Of a DNA stretch of 64,000 nucleotides, positions 1 through 12,122 are shown piece after piece. A program made the position numbers and the translations under genes. Every line of letters starts with the position of its first letter. Position 1 is the stretch's first letter. Below the pieces are notes generated by a model. The model saw nothing but the letters and a program-made list of their open reading frames with translations, was not told the DNA's origin and searched no databases. The DNA is taken from assembly GCF_001194135.2 (NCBI RefSeq), contig NC_068988.1:13390581-13454580 (forward strand), read 5' to 3'. Origin of the DNA: Octopus bimaculoides. Taxonomy: Eukaryota.

Positions 1-205
1 TATATAAGGATCTGGTGACGAATTTGATGTTAATTAACAATAATATAAAACAATCAAGAAGAATGATACAAAGAAAATGTAATAAATATATAATTTAATT
101 ATTTTTTTGTTTAGATCTTTAAAACAAGCTGGTTTACTGTGCGATAAACCTAAATATCTTAACAAAGACACGAAATGGCAAACGACACGGGTCAAATCAA
201 CTTAC

Positions 206-351
206 TCTGATGGGTACATGCGAACTTCCTCGATCCTTCCAAGAAAGGAAAACAAGGTTTTCATTTGTTCTTTAATTGCTCCAGGTGCTACATTTGTAAC
301 TTGAATGACTTTTGTATTGAGTTTACAATCAGCAACCGCTGTACCAGCCAT
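206..351 (-). CDS. SREK1: First coding exon of an SR-related splicing factor (SREK1/SRSF11/SRp54 family, RRM1 N-terminus); gene continues beyond the left edge
   Basis: ATG at 351-349 reads MAGTAVADCKLNTKVIQVTNVAPGAIKEQMKTLFSFLGRIEEVRMYPS, then a GA|GTAAGT donor at 205. VIQVTN..EQMxTLFSFLGxIEExRxYP is the N-terminal RRM signature I recall for SREK1/SRSF11/Srp54. Choosing SREK1 over SRSF11 rests partly on synteny. Confidence 0.88.
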
Positions 352-386
352 GGTTGTGCACAAAATTTGTGCAAACGGATTGCCGG

Positions 387-430
387 CAAAATGGTGATTG
401 TTTATAGGCGGAAGTGACGTCACCGGAAAT
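387..430 (-). promoter_or_regulatory. SREK1 core promoter: overlapping ETS-CRE motif, second ETS-like site, TATA-like and YY1-like elements
   Basis: GCGGAAGTGACGTCAC at 408-423 and CCGGAAAT at 423-430. TATAAA on the minus strand at 406-401. AAAATGG at 388-394. All lie 35-80 nt upstream of the ATG. Confidence 0.7.
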
Positions 431-999
431 TACAGCGTTTAATATATTTCCTCAGCATATGTTCAACTTCTGCATAATTTAAAATGTGGTTCGAATAACC
501 AGCTAACTTTTTACTTAACATTCTTAAATTACTAAAACTAAATCCTTTATTCTTAAAATTAAAAGTAATAAAAGGTGGCTTTAGATTTCACTGACAACTA
601 GAATTGTTATTTTAAAAATAATTTATTCGGCGCCATTCTTTTTATTTTAGTTAAATTTGTAAGCTGGTTGTGATAGTTTTAAAATATATGTTCCATTTGT
701 TAACTCGATGAAAATTAAAGTGAAATACTGAAAAGTATCGATCTTAAAATTTTCCAATATCATCGAATTACTTGTCAATAATCCATCCTATCTTGCTCTT
801 CTTATTTATTTCTATCATTGACACCAGAACTCAAATTTTGGCGGAGGATGCAGTCGATTTAATCTATCCTAGTTGTTGACTGGTACGTTTTAAAAAAATC
901 TTTTCTCTTTTATTAAGTTTTTTTTTCTTATTTATTGATTTATGGCAAAAATGAATGTCATTCCTATAATTAATATATATACATCAATATCACTTTGAC

Positions 1000-1502
1000 T
1001 TTGACTATTGCTCTCAGCTATGGTCACCAACCAGTGTCAAATTAATCTCAGAACTTGAGGCAATCCAACGAAGCTACACGAAGAAGATAGCCTCTATGCA
1101 GCATATAAGCTATTGGGAAAGACTCAACAGATTAAGACTCTATTCCTTAGAGCGTAGACGAGAAAGATATGCCATAATATACACCTGGAAGAACCTCGAA
1201 GATATTGTCCAAAATTTTGACATCGAAAGTTACACAAATAAAAGAACTGGACGCCATTGCATAGTGCCAAGGACTCCAAATTTGCCATCAAGATGTAGGA
1301 CAAGATACTGCAATAGCCTGGGCTTCAAAGGTCCACAGCTCTTCAATATCCTCCCGAAGGACCTGAGAGACCTGCATGCGGTGGATGTAGGTGTCTTCAA
1401 GACAAGGCTGGACCTCTTCCTGTCAGGTGTCCCAGATGAACCAACTTCACGGCAGGAGGCGCAGATGAGAGCAGCTGCATCAAACTCTCTCATGCACCAA
1501 AT
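1000..1502 (+). mobile_element. 5'-truncated CR1/L2-group LINE, RT C-terminal fragment (runs into N gap)
   Basis: Open frame DYCSQLWSPTSVKLISELEAIQR...YWERLNRLRLYSLERRRER...FNILPKDLR...FKTRLDLFL, typical of the CR1-type ORF2 C-terminus. Confidence 0.85.
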
Positions 1503-2699
1503 NNNNNNNNNNNNNNNNNNNNNNNNNNNNNNNNNNNNNNNNNNNNNNNNNNNNNNNNNNNNNNNNNNNNNNNNNNNNNNNNNNNNNNNNNNNNNNNNNN
1601 NNNNNNNNNNNNNNNNNNNNNNNNNNNNNNNNNNNNNNNNNNNNNNNNNNNNNNNNNNNNNNNNNNNNNNNNNNNNNNNNNNNNNNNNNNNNNNNNNNNN
1701 NNNNNNNNNNNNNNNNNNNNNNNNNNNNNNNNNNNNNNNNNNNNNNNNNNNNNNNNNNNNNNNNNNNNNNNNNNNNNNNNNNNNNNNNNNNNNNNNNNNN
1801 NNNNNNNNNNNNNNNNNNNNNNNNNNNNNNNNNNNNNNNNNNNNNNNNNNNNNNNNNNNNNNNNNNNNNNNNNNNNNNNNNNNTTTGATATTGACAAATC
1901 AAAAAGCAGAAAAATAAAAAGTTGAGATTGGCTTTTTCAAAGAGATTTTAGTGTGTGAAGAGGGAAAGATTTGGTTCAATTAGAATTTGCTTCAGTTCAG
2001 TGACACTTGTTTCCTCCACGTACTTCAATATCGGAATAGGAAGAAAGGTATTATACAATATTGAACTGGTTATGTTCTAATTTTATATCTGCTAGTTGGT
2101 ATTTAATAAAATTGAACTGTGTAGGGATAGTTTAATGAACTGAGTATACTCTTACATTATTTTCGTGCTATTCTCCAAGGTGAGGGAAAATCTGAGATAT
2201 TGGCGACTAATAATACCGATTGTTTTGACTAAGTACAAAATTATGCTTGTAGGGGATAAAAGATAGTATGCCGAATGAATTTAGTAAAACATCTAGTCTA
2301 GCTTACTATTATCTGCAGCAGATCTTTAACTCAAATCGCTGATCAATCTTCTGTGATTAAATAAATATCCATCTGTGGATCACCAAAACTTGTAGCGTAA
2401 GATGGCTGTAGATGCAACCAACATCGTTGTCTTTCCTGATCAGCTTACCTTATGTTTTCATCTTTCTCCTAATCTATCCATTGACCGTGTTCAATAATCC
2501 CCTTGGTGGATCCCCTATATCTCTTTTACTGGAATTTTTTTCCATACATTACAATATTCTCTAAAAGTGAAATGTTATGATGTCGTGTTGCATCATCAAA
2601 TTATTCTATTTTTCGTATTTTAACAATTAACGAAAGAGTTTCGGGATTCTCGGTATTCTCAACAATTTATTTCCTAACATTTTCCTTACTTCAATGTTC

Positions 2700-3270
2700 G
2701 GATCTTTTTTAAAACGGGGGCCACATTTTTCATTAATGTTTTACGTAGTGTTTTTGGTACGGAAAGACTTTCAAACTTCGTATACTTATCTATTTTGTGT
2801 TATAGAACAGAAAAATATTTTTGTATTCGAATTTATTTCATGTAAAAAATTGTCTTATTTCGATAATTTCAACCAATCACTGACAAGTATTCAGTTGTTT
2901 ATATTTACTCCTTTGGCTGATTAAGCCATAGCTTCGTTTTATTTGCTTTTTTCATTTTCTTTTTTTTCTTCGTTTTATTTGCTTTTTTCTTTTTAAATTT
3001 GCTGTTTTACCCTAACCCTATCACCGATAGAATTGTTTCAGAATCGTTTGTTTATGTAGTCGGCACTTAATGTATATCGGCTGAATGGACGTCAGTGATT
3101 GGTTGAAATTACAGAAATACGACAACTTTAACATGGAATAACTTATGGATTTCTTTTTTTTTTAAGAAGACTAAGAGAAAAAGATGTTTTATATGACACA
3201 TTCTACCAGTGTTCCAAGTTTCAAAGTGTTTCGTTAATGAAAAATGTGGCCCCCGTTTTAAAAAAGATCC
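2700..3270. mobile_element. Non-autonomous DNA transposon with perfect 37-bp TIRs and 8-bp TSD
   Basis: TIR GGATCTTTTTTAAAACGGGGGCCACATTTTTCATTAA at 2700-2736, exact reverse complement at 3234-3270. CAATGTTC is duplicated at 2692-2699 and 3271-3278. Confidence 0.92.
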
Positions 3271-4170
3271 CAATGTTCAACATATGAAATGGAAAATATC
3301 ATTCTACATTACCTTTCAAAAATCATGAACTTTCCTTACGTTCAGCATCTAACGCCCGTGATACGTTCAGCAACCAACGTCCCTAATTCGCACTCATATA
3401 ATGCATTTGGATAATTTTAAAAGTATAAGTTAGTTAGAGAAGGTACAGCGCCCTTTATGTTCCTGGACCCTCTTTGTCAAATGAGATAAATGCAGTTGAT
3501 AATCAGTTTGAAATTATGTAATGGAGAAATCCCCAACAGCACACACTACAACGGAACAGTTTAACACGATACTTTTAACCCACGAGATAAAAATCAAGTG
3601 GTTTTGTTGTCACCCTCTTCGCCATCTCAAATGAGTACAAAACATTTTAAAACTGCTCCCACCACCACTATTTTTTCCCCTTTTTCTTTTTTTTCTTTTT
3701 TTGCTTTCTTTCACGATCAATGGCATACTTATGTGCATGTACAAGAACATTACTTTCACAGAAGTTAGTTAAGATGAAAGTCCACGTGTGAATGACGTAG
3801 AATTGTAAGTTAGAAGTACAGAAAACTGTACTGGTAGGAGGAAGAGAAAGGGAATAAAGTTTATGAAAGAAATGCTGGAAGTGAGCGCAATTAATCAGTA
3901 ATTGGCTAAGTCAGAGAGGTTGCTCTTTTGGAAGGGGTGCTATTAGGACACACTGTAACATGTTCCACTAGCTTTGAATAGATCCTTGGAGATTTTGGTG
4001 AAGATAGAAACTTACCATGGAACGTGCTTTTGCGGGGAGAGTTAAGGTATTCGCTTTTGACACTGCAATAAATTAACGATGAATGCCAAAATAGATTGAG
4101 ACCATTTAAGTATCATGGTAGATTTTAGTTGTCTTTTCCCGAAGCATAGGAGTACTTGAATTCAGCACTA

Positions 4171-4372
4171 TCTTATATATAAATGGCAATTTCTGTCTGT
4201 CTGTTACCATTATAGTTCCTAAACCAGCGAACCAATATTCACGAAACTTTGCATACACGTTACACTAACAATAATAGGCTAATTGGATTTCAATAAAAAT
4301 TTATAATGTCCCCCCCCCCACTGGGGTTGAGCGAATTATATGATAAAATAAGAAGGTTGCAAAAACTATTAG
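4171..4372 (+). mobile_element. Possible short Helitron-like element
   Basis: Starts A|TCTTATATATAAA followed by (TGTC)n. There is a C/G-rich subterminal hairpin candidate. The end is TTAG|T rather than canonical CTAG|T. Confidence 0.3.
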
Positions 4373-4989
4373 TCGGAGGGAAACGCAGTAGCAGAGTGAA
4401 GGTGACTTATATCAGGGAAGGTGAGAACAGCGTTATGTAAGCTACAAATATTGAGTAGCAATGGGACGTCCGCGTTAATACAGCTGTCATATACATGCGA
4501 CGCTACATACTTTCGTAAATACATAGATACAACACACAGAGAGAAAGGTGGGTGTGAGGAATACATAGCATTAAAGAGAGAGGCGATAGGTGACTTTTCT
4601 GATATCCATCGTAAAGAAACACTCACACACAGACACACACAGTACATACATACATGTCTACTAAACACCATTTAAAACTCAGATTACCTGTGTATACGTT
4701 TGTAAATGTGTGTGTATGTGTAAGAGAGAGAGAGAGAGAGGTCCTATAACTGTCTGTCTGTCTACTTTTGTAGGGTCTTCCCTGTTGCTATCACATATTG
4801 TGAGATTTTAGAATTACGTTAAAATTTCCAAATTTGGTATATTGAAATAATTTTCCACGTTAAATCCAATTTTGTTATTTAGTTGTTCCAGAAAAATTGC
4901 AGAAAAATGTTACTGAGGTTTAAAGTTTACCTAATCGGAAAACTTCCGAAGTTTTAATGAATAAAGTCATGTGAAACGATCAAATAGAC

Positions 4990-5617
4990 ATGTGTGTTTA
5001 TATATATATATATATATGGTGTGTGTATGTGTATGCATATATATATTTGTTGTCTGTATGTGTGTGTGTGTGTGTGTACAGTGTGAAATGTGTGTCAGTG
5101 TGGTTTTGACCCAGTAGTGGTCAGGTGACATTGTTAGGGTGGAGTGGTTGGTGGCGGTGGTGGTGGTGGTGGGATTGACAGTGTTGTTGCTGCTGTTGTT
5201 GATGAGGGTGAAGTCGTCGGGGACGAAGGGTGGGGGTGTGTGGGGGATCGAGTACGGAGGAGGTGACAGTCTTCTATTGTTAAACTCAACAACCAGACGA
5301 TCTCCTCCTCCCCCAACTACCATCATTTTCCTCTTCTTCCTTTCTTCTTCTTCTTCTTCTTCTTCTTCCTCCTCCTTTCTTCTCCTTCATCTTCTTCATC
5401 TCAGAGAGGATATATCCCCATAATAAGTATTACAGCTCCTTTACCCTAATTAGGCATTTCTCTGGCCTCTTGTTCTCGAGGTCAATGTACTCTTCTGTGT
5501 CTTCTACTACTACTTCNNNNNNNNNNNNNNNNNNNNNNNNNNNNNNNNNNNNNNNNNNNNNNNNNNNNNNNNNNNNNNNNNNNNNNNNNNNNNNNNNNNN
5601 NNNNNNNNNNNNNNNNN

Positions 5618-5672
<55 letters not shown>
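4990..5672. repeat. Microsatellite/low-complexity cluster: (TA)n, (TG)n, (GGT)n, (TCT)n, (CT)n around an N gap
   Basis: Read directly from the sequence. Confidence 0.85.
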
Positions 5673-5673
<1 letters not shown>

Positions 5674-5876
5674 AGGAAAAAAATCCCCAACAAGTTTTTT
5701 TTTGTGAAAAATTGCACAAATCTGCCCTGATCAAGAGACCTATCTGTCGGGGAAGGCATGGTCTGACATAGAATAAGCAGAAATTTATATAAGACATTCT
5801 ATTGTAAAAATTGCCTGGCAACGACGGGCTATTCAGCTCATTCCAGCAGCATAGGGTACCGAATACCTATTCGTGG

Positions 5877-6000
5877 CACTAGCGTAGCTAGAGGGGACAG
5901 TCCACCCCACCACTTTTGGGTCTGCTGTAAGCAATATGTATTTGGGGGACGGAAAACTGATGGGCCGCCCCAAGCGGCACACACTCTAACTACGCTAGTG
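5877..6000. mobile_element. 124-bp hAT-like MITE
   Basis: TIR CACTAGCGTAGCTAGAG / CTCTAACTACGCTAGTG (16/17 match). 8-bp TSD ATTCGTGG at 5869-5876 and 6001-6008. Confidence 0.88.
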
Positions 6001-7349
6001 ATTCGTGGTATCTTTCTACTGTAACACTCATCGCACATTATTGTAATTTTTGCTATTTTACCCAGTATAACATGTAATGTAATAAAATTAACGCAACGCT
6101 CTTATTTAACACAGAAGTTTTTAGTTTTGCAAAACTTTTTACTTTTATCATGAGGTCGCCCGAGAAACCTTCTTGACCCTTCCAAGAACATTTTTCATTG
6201 TTGTTTATCCCAAGACATCTCTGATCTGGCAGACTTATGAAGAAATACATTACAGCTACAACCATGCTATTTTTTTTTTTTTGTTTCAGAGACCGTCTGT
6301 ATGTTTCTTTTTATAAAGACGGTAGGAGTGATTCGCAGTAAATGAGATTGCTATTTCAAGTACACCGAGCGTCCATATACAGGCTTCCTATCTTGCTCGA
6401 AACATATTTGTCTCTAGCGATAAGGTTCCAACTGGGAACTAAAACCATTCAATATTTCCATGGTGACTATGCATGTTGATTATTTTGTTTTGCGCTCGTC
6501 TAATTCTAAACCACACAGAATTGTTTCGCTTTTCGCTTAACAGCTAACAATTTCGCGTTTTTTACACTTTCTTTTCTTTTCCGCTTTCGCTTGACGTGCA
6601 CTTCTCATAGCCACAGAGCCCTCTTTGCGTTCGACCTGCTAGAAATAACAGCCAACTATCCGCTAACGAATGGTATTAAAAGATCTAATCAATTTAACTT
6701 TGTCTTTTCTTACAAATATATTTATAAGAAACTAGAAACAAGTATTTTATTGAAATACCTTTTTAACATTTGTAAACAAGATTGAAATAAGCAAATTTTG
6801 TTGTGTCTAGGGAGAGTCATTATGCCAATATTAATAATACACGCACGGGTTTAATTCCACTTCTTTATCATCTGAGGGCGACTAAATCCCATCGTGCCCC
6901 TTGTTACCGATCTGGTGCGTGAATGGAGGTTGCACAATACTAGGTAACCGCGAGGAGTAGAGGCCATTGTAATTGTAGAACAGAGAGAGGAGACAACATA
7001 TCAGTGAACCAGAGGTTGGAGCATGCAATAATAATGCTCTTGCAATAAAACTTTGAAACAAATGAAGGCAATGTTATAGCAAATAAAATTTTTAAAAAAT
7101 GGAAGAAATATTGTTTGTATACAGAAAGAAGTTGTGCTTGTCCATCACTAACTAGGCTCATATCTGTAATTTGTAGCAAATCAAAGCACTTGTAGGCATC
7201 AGTAATTTATAACTTCCGATCATATAAATGTTTAAATTTTTATTTCGATCATTCTTCTAAATGTTAATTAGTTGTTTCTGCAATTTATTTGTTTCCATCT
7301 TATAAATACTTGAAAAAATAGAAAAAAAAATGAATCGCTCGACTTTTTC

Positions 7350-7810
7350 TAGCGTTCTAACCTTCCTTAGTGAGCACCAGATCTACAGGAGACCTATTCT
7401 ATTACTCACCAGCGGGCTCTCGCCTTTGAGAGATTTAGTGAAAGTTTCACCAAATCTCTCCAACTGGCATGCGAAAATAGTCAAAACTCCTTGTAATTGG
7501 GATCCACCTGCATATAGTCCCTTGGATTAGTGAGTTCCTGTTATTTTACTACTGTGGCATGTGCTAATGGAACTTCTCTCTCTGACCGACAACCCTTTCA
7601 GCTTTGGTGTTGTGTGTCCTGGAGTTCGGTTTTGATTCACGACACTCTTCCTCCTATATATCAACAACCTACTTGTAGTCACAACACCCACACCTAAACG
7701 AATGATATTCTACTTCATTCCTCTCTAGTCTCCGACAACCAAATGTCATCCACAGACACCTCGCGAAATCTGCGCTGACTCTCAACGGGGACCTCGAACA
7801 CATCTTTTAA
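7350..7810 (+). mobile_element. Decayed LINE reverse transcriptase fragment
   Basis: Broken frames include QIYRR...SGLSPLRDL and a degenerate GVPQGSVLGPTLFLLYINDL-like motif (..TLFLLYINNL at about 7640-7670). Confidence 0.6.
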
Positions 7811-9239
7811 TGATGGGGGAAGGGTCTTTTTTTTTTTTTTTAAGATAATAGGGTATGATTCGGGGTAGATTTATCTGTTTTTTTCCAGCAAGTCGGACAA
7901 TCGCATATACTGTGATTGTGTTTTTCTGTTTTCAAACTGGTACCCAAGTGTGAAAAGTGGACTTGTTTTGGTGAAAAGCGACACGCTCCAAAATCGAAAC
8001 TGTACTATCGCCTATTTTTCTGTAAATTGATTGATTGATTTAATGACTACTGATACTTGTAATATCAACTCGAAAATGAGTAAAAAGCAGAAGTTAACTC
8101 CTCCGGTGGGTACTGATCATGATACAATACTGAATTCGGTCCGATAAGTACTAACCTTCAAAATATATGTAGCATAATGTATCTACAGACTTATTTACAC
8201 CAGGGGCCCTACTATTTCAAAATACAAATATATCTCGTTTGAAATAAATTTGGAAAATTTTAAAGTGTTCTTTGAGTCTAAATAATTCTTAGTTGTGATA
8301 TTGTAGTCCTTGAAGTTCTGGTCGATAGGGCCTAAAACCAAGTCTCCTAATGAGACTGTCTTGACTTTTCTTTTTGGTGTTTTGTAGCAGTAAAGTATCT
8401 AAGATTACATTATCAGGTGTACCGTGTTTTAAGACGTTAGGTAGAATTTGAGAGAAAACTGGCTGATATTTCTAGCATGTCGCACAATGTTGAGACCTTC
8501 ATGTTATGCGGATCATTGGGTTATCCTTTCTTTTATTTTTATAGCTTATTCGGAGGAGAAAGGGTAATGCCCATGTTTTTCAGGACTTCAAAAACAATAG
8601 CACAGACTTGGTTTATAAACTTACAACAGAGGGTGAACTCTCTTAGTTTAATACTACAAGGTGGTAGTATTAAACTGGGTAACGATTAAATCGACTACTT
8701 AAATCATGCACGGTCATTTCGACGGGCCTTCTGTACAGTTTCCATCGCCCGAATTTCAACCACAAAGCTTCGGTCGATTTGAGGCTATGGTAAAAGACAC
8801 ATGCCAAAAATACCGCGAAGACCGATTGAACCTGAAACTATTGCGCCTCACCCTTCAAAATGAGACGGGTGTAATAAAAAAACATTTCCCGCGCCTTTTA
8901 AATCAAAATCCCAACTATTTATACGTGATTAATTGTTCTTTATGTTTACTAATGATAATTATATATGCATCTACACCCATAAATATATATTAGTGAAGTG
9001 AGACGGAGTTCATTGCCTGAGACTACCTCATTCAATAAGATTCTAAGTGGATACTCTCCACCAGATGGCGTTCCACTTATAACTCTAAAAGTGGCGGTTT
9101 ACGGTACCACGCGTCATAGTTAATTAGCAAATTCTTTAAGCCTGTTTTTAGTAAGTATTAACCAATTTTTATTTTATTTAATCGGTTGTAAATATAGATT
9201 TGTTTAAATTCATTTTTAATGTTTAATAATCTCGAGGCA

Positions 9240-9324
9240 GAAACTACGTCAGAGGAAGTCGTAAAAAAGAATTTTTCGAATTGCTTTGTGGCGCTCTGCT
9301 GGCATAGGACTGTAGCTTGTAAGT
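9240..9324 (+). promoter_or_regulatory. Putative SGT promoter and short non-coding first exon with donor at 9319
   Basis: ACGTCA (9246-9251) and GGAAGT (9254-9259), CpG-rich context, CTT|GTAAGT donor at 9319. The first coding exon (acceptor 10590) has only 15 nt before the ATG, so an upstream exon is required. Confidence 0.55.
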
Positions 9325-9528
9325 TGTGAGTCGATTTTTTATTTATTTTATGGACCTTCTTCAACATAACTTTAAGGGGATCTTCATATTTCTGTTGTAT
9401 AATGTTTATATTGAGTATTTTTCGAAAAATATTTCATATTGAGATATTTTAACTATATAACTTTTCTCGTAAGTTTATTGATAGCAGCTGTAGTTCCAAA
9501 TCCTGTTACATCAGTGAATATTTATATA

Positions 9529-9572
<44 letters not shown>

Positions 9573-9917
9573 GATGTATATATGTTCGTGTTGTATACTG
9601 NNNNNNNNNNNNNNNNNNNNNNNNNNNNNNNNNNNNNNNNNNNNNNNNNNNNNNNNNNNNNNNNNNNNNNNNNNNNNNNNNNNNNNNNNNNNNNNNNNNN
9701 NNNNNNNNNNNNNNNNNNNNNNNNNNNNNNNNNNNNNNNNNNNNNNNNNNNNNNNNNNNNNTGTTATAAATATATCCTTGCAAGCTTGGAGTTTCTTACG
9801 CTTATTTAATAAGATGTCGATATTATGACGGGGTGTGTGTAGTTTATTTCCTCTTTATCAAAGAACGACACCATTTCAAGATTACTCCAGTTTTCTCGTG
9901 TTAACAAAGATTGTATA

Positions 9918-9959
<42 letters not shown>

Positions 9960-10605
9960 CGTCTTAGCCTAACTTTGTAATCCTGTTAACTTTCTGATGA
10001 TGGAAATATGAAAATATATAAACAGTTATGTTAACAATGTTATCATTACTATTTATATTTTCTCAGTATGACTAGGTGTTTAGCCAGCTAGTCTAATATT
10101 ATGTATGTATTTATATTTATGTCTTGAGTTTCGTCTGTTGAGACATTTTTTCAGAACTGCAGTAATGTGATCGGAAAGAAGTAACTGATACCTTCAACTT
10201 TAATGGTTAGTTACCATCCTTAAAAAAATAAGAAAAGAAGAAAAATACCCTAAGTTTTATTTTAGTAGTTACTAATGTAACATGAGAAAAGCCTTCTTAG
10301 TTTCATGTTGAATTATGCCTCCCAAAATGCAGAACGCTCTGCCAATAAATATTAGGAAACTTCAGTCCGTATCGGACTTTTGCATAGAAAACCAAACTTT
10401 TCTATTTACGAAGCCCAAATTAATTAAATTTCCCCCACACTATGTTGTGTGATCAATATACTCAGATCGAATTCCTAGACTAGGTGACAGCTGCATACTC
10501 TAAGTGTTTTTTTGTTTTTCTTCCTCGTCCAGTTTGGAATTATTTTTCTTAATTTATAATGATTAATTTTATTTTTTTATTTATTTCTAGTTACTTTTGA
10601 ATAAA

Positions 10606-10994
10606 ATGGCTGATGTCTCGAAGCTTGTATATTCCATTCTGAAATTTCTTGGTGATCAAAAAACCTCAGGAAACTTAAGTGATGATGCTGTGGAAAGCCT
10701 GGAAGGTAAGTGTATCTTCTATTTATAATTCTTTCACGTCTTGAAATTAACTACTGGAGTTCGGTTTACATCTAATCTGGTTTCTTTCTTTCTTTGTTTT
10801 TTGTCTAGTTTCAGTCGTTGAATGAAAAAAGATCTGATAATTTTAATGGTAAATTTTGATGCCGTCTTTGCATACAACAGTATTTAAATTATTTTTATCT
10901 TGGAAACTATTTCAAACGAATTTTTCTTTACAAAAATTGGGCAGGAATTTTTTTAGACAATATACTACAAGTCCCTAATCTAGACAATTTAAAG

Positions 10995-11025
<31 letters not shown>

Positions 11026-11822
11026 GTATGGACATTGATATGACTTCAGACTTACATTAATTCTAACAGTTTACATATAACAATCAAGTAGCTTTATAAT
11101 TAATTTTAGTTCTGTAATTGTGGGTGTTATATATTTCTTCCAAGAGTAAATGTTTAAGAGGGTGCATGCTTTGTAAAAAGGTTCTCGTTTTTGTTTAATA
11201 GAATATCATAAGAACTCATGTAATTGAAAAAAAGCAAAAGGAAAAGACTTTTATAATGTAATTATATATATATTTAAAAAGAGCTTTAATTATCAGATGT
11301 TTGGTGAGTGGAGGTGTGTTTGCAAAGTTTTTAATGGGACACATTAGGAGAAAAATAAGCCAGTGAAAAACAAATATATTTGGGGTTCCTAAAGATTGTT
11401 TGCAGTTGAGCAAAAGAAGGGGCAACCAAAGAAATTGTTAAGCTAGAATATTTTTGAAGATGAAAGCTGCAAGATCACCTGTGTATATGATCTCAACACA
11501 GAGTAGATGTTTGATGTAGTTGCATATAACAGATGCATTTTCTTTTTTATTTTCTCTACCAGATAGATACTATATTAACACAGTGTGCACCAGCTGGTGC
11601 TGCCTATTGTCAGCAATCCCACTTTCTTTAGCTTAGTTTTATTTTTGCTTTTCTGTGCATTTGGTGAGTCAGTAAATTGAAACAGTAGTAAGAGGTGTTG
11701 GACTATATATTTAGTCAATAAATTCTCAAGTGGATTGTCTGGAGAAATGTTTTAGGGTACAATAAAATATCAGATGCAAAATTTCAATTAGTACCAGTTA
11801 AGTCAGTAGTTTTGCTTTCTAG

Positions 11823-11856
<34 letters not shown>

Positions 11857-12083
11857 NNNNNNNNNNNNNNNNNNNNNNNNNNNNNNNNNNNNNNNNNNNN
11901 NNNNNNNNNNNNNNNNNNNNNNNNNNNNNNNNNNNNNNNNNNNNNNNNNNNNNNNNNNNNNNNNNNNNNNNNNNNNNNNNNNNNNNNNNNNNNNNNNNNN
12001 NNNNNNNNNNNNNNNNNNNNNNNNNNNNNNNNNNNNNNNNNNNNNNNNNNNNNNNNNCAAATATTTGCTGATCCCTTAATTAT

Positions 12084-12122
<39 letters not shown>

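Noticed and set aside
352-423. N-terminal extension of the SREK1 ORF from the GTG at 423
   Set aside because: It overlaps the promoter motifs. The ATG at 351 has good context (ACC ATG G) and matches the family N-terminus.
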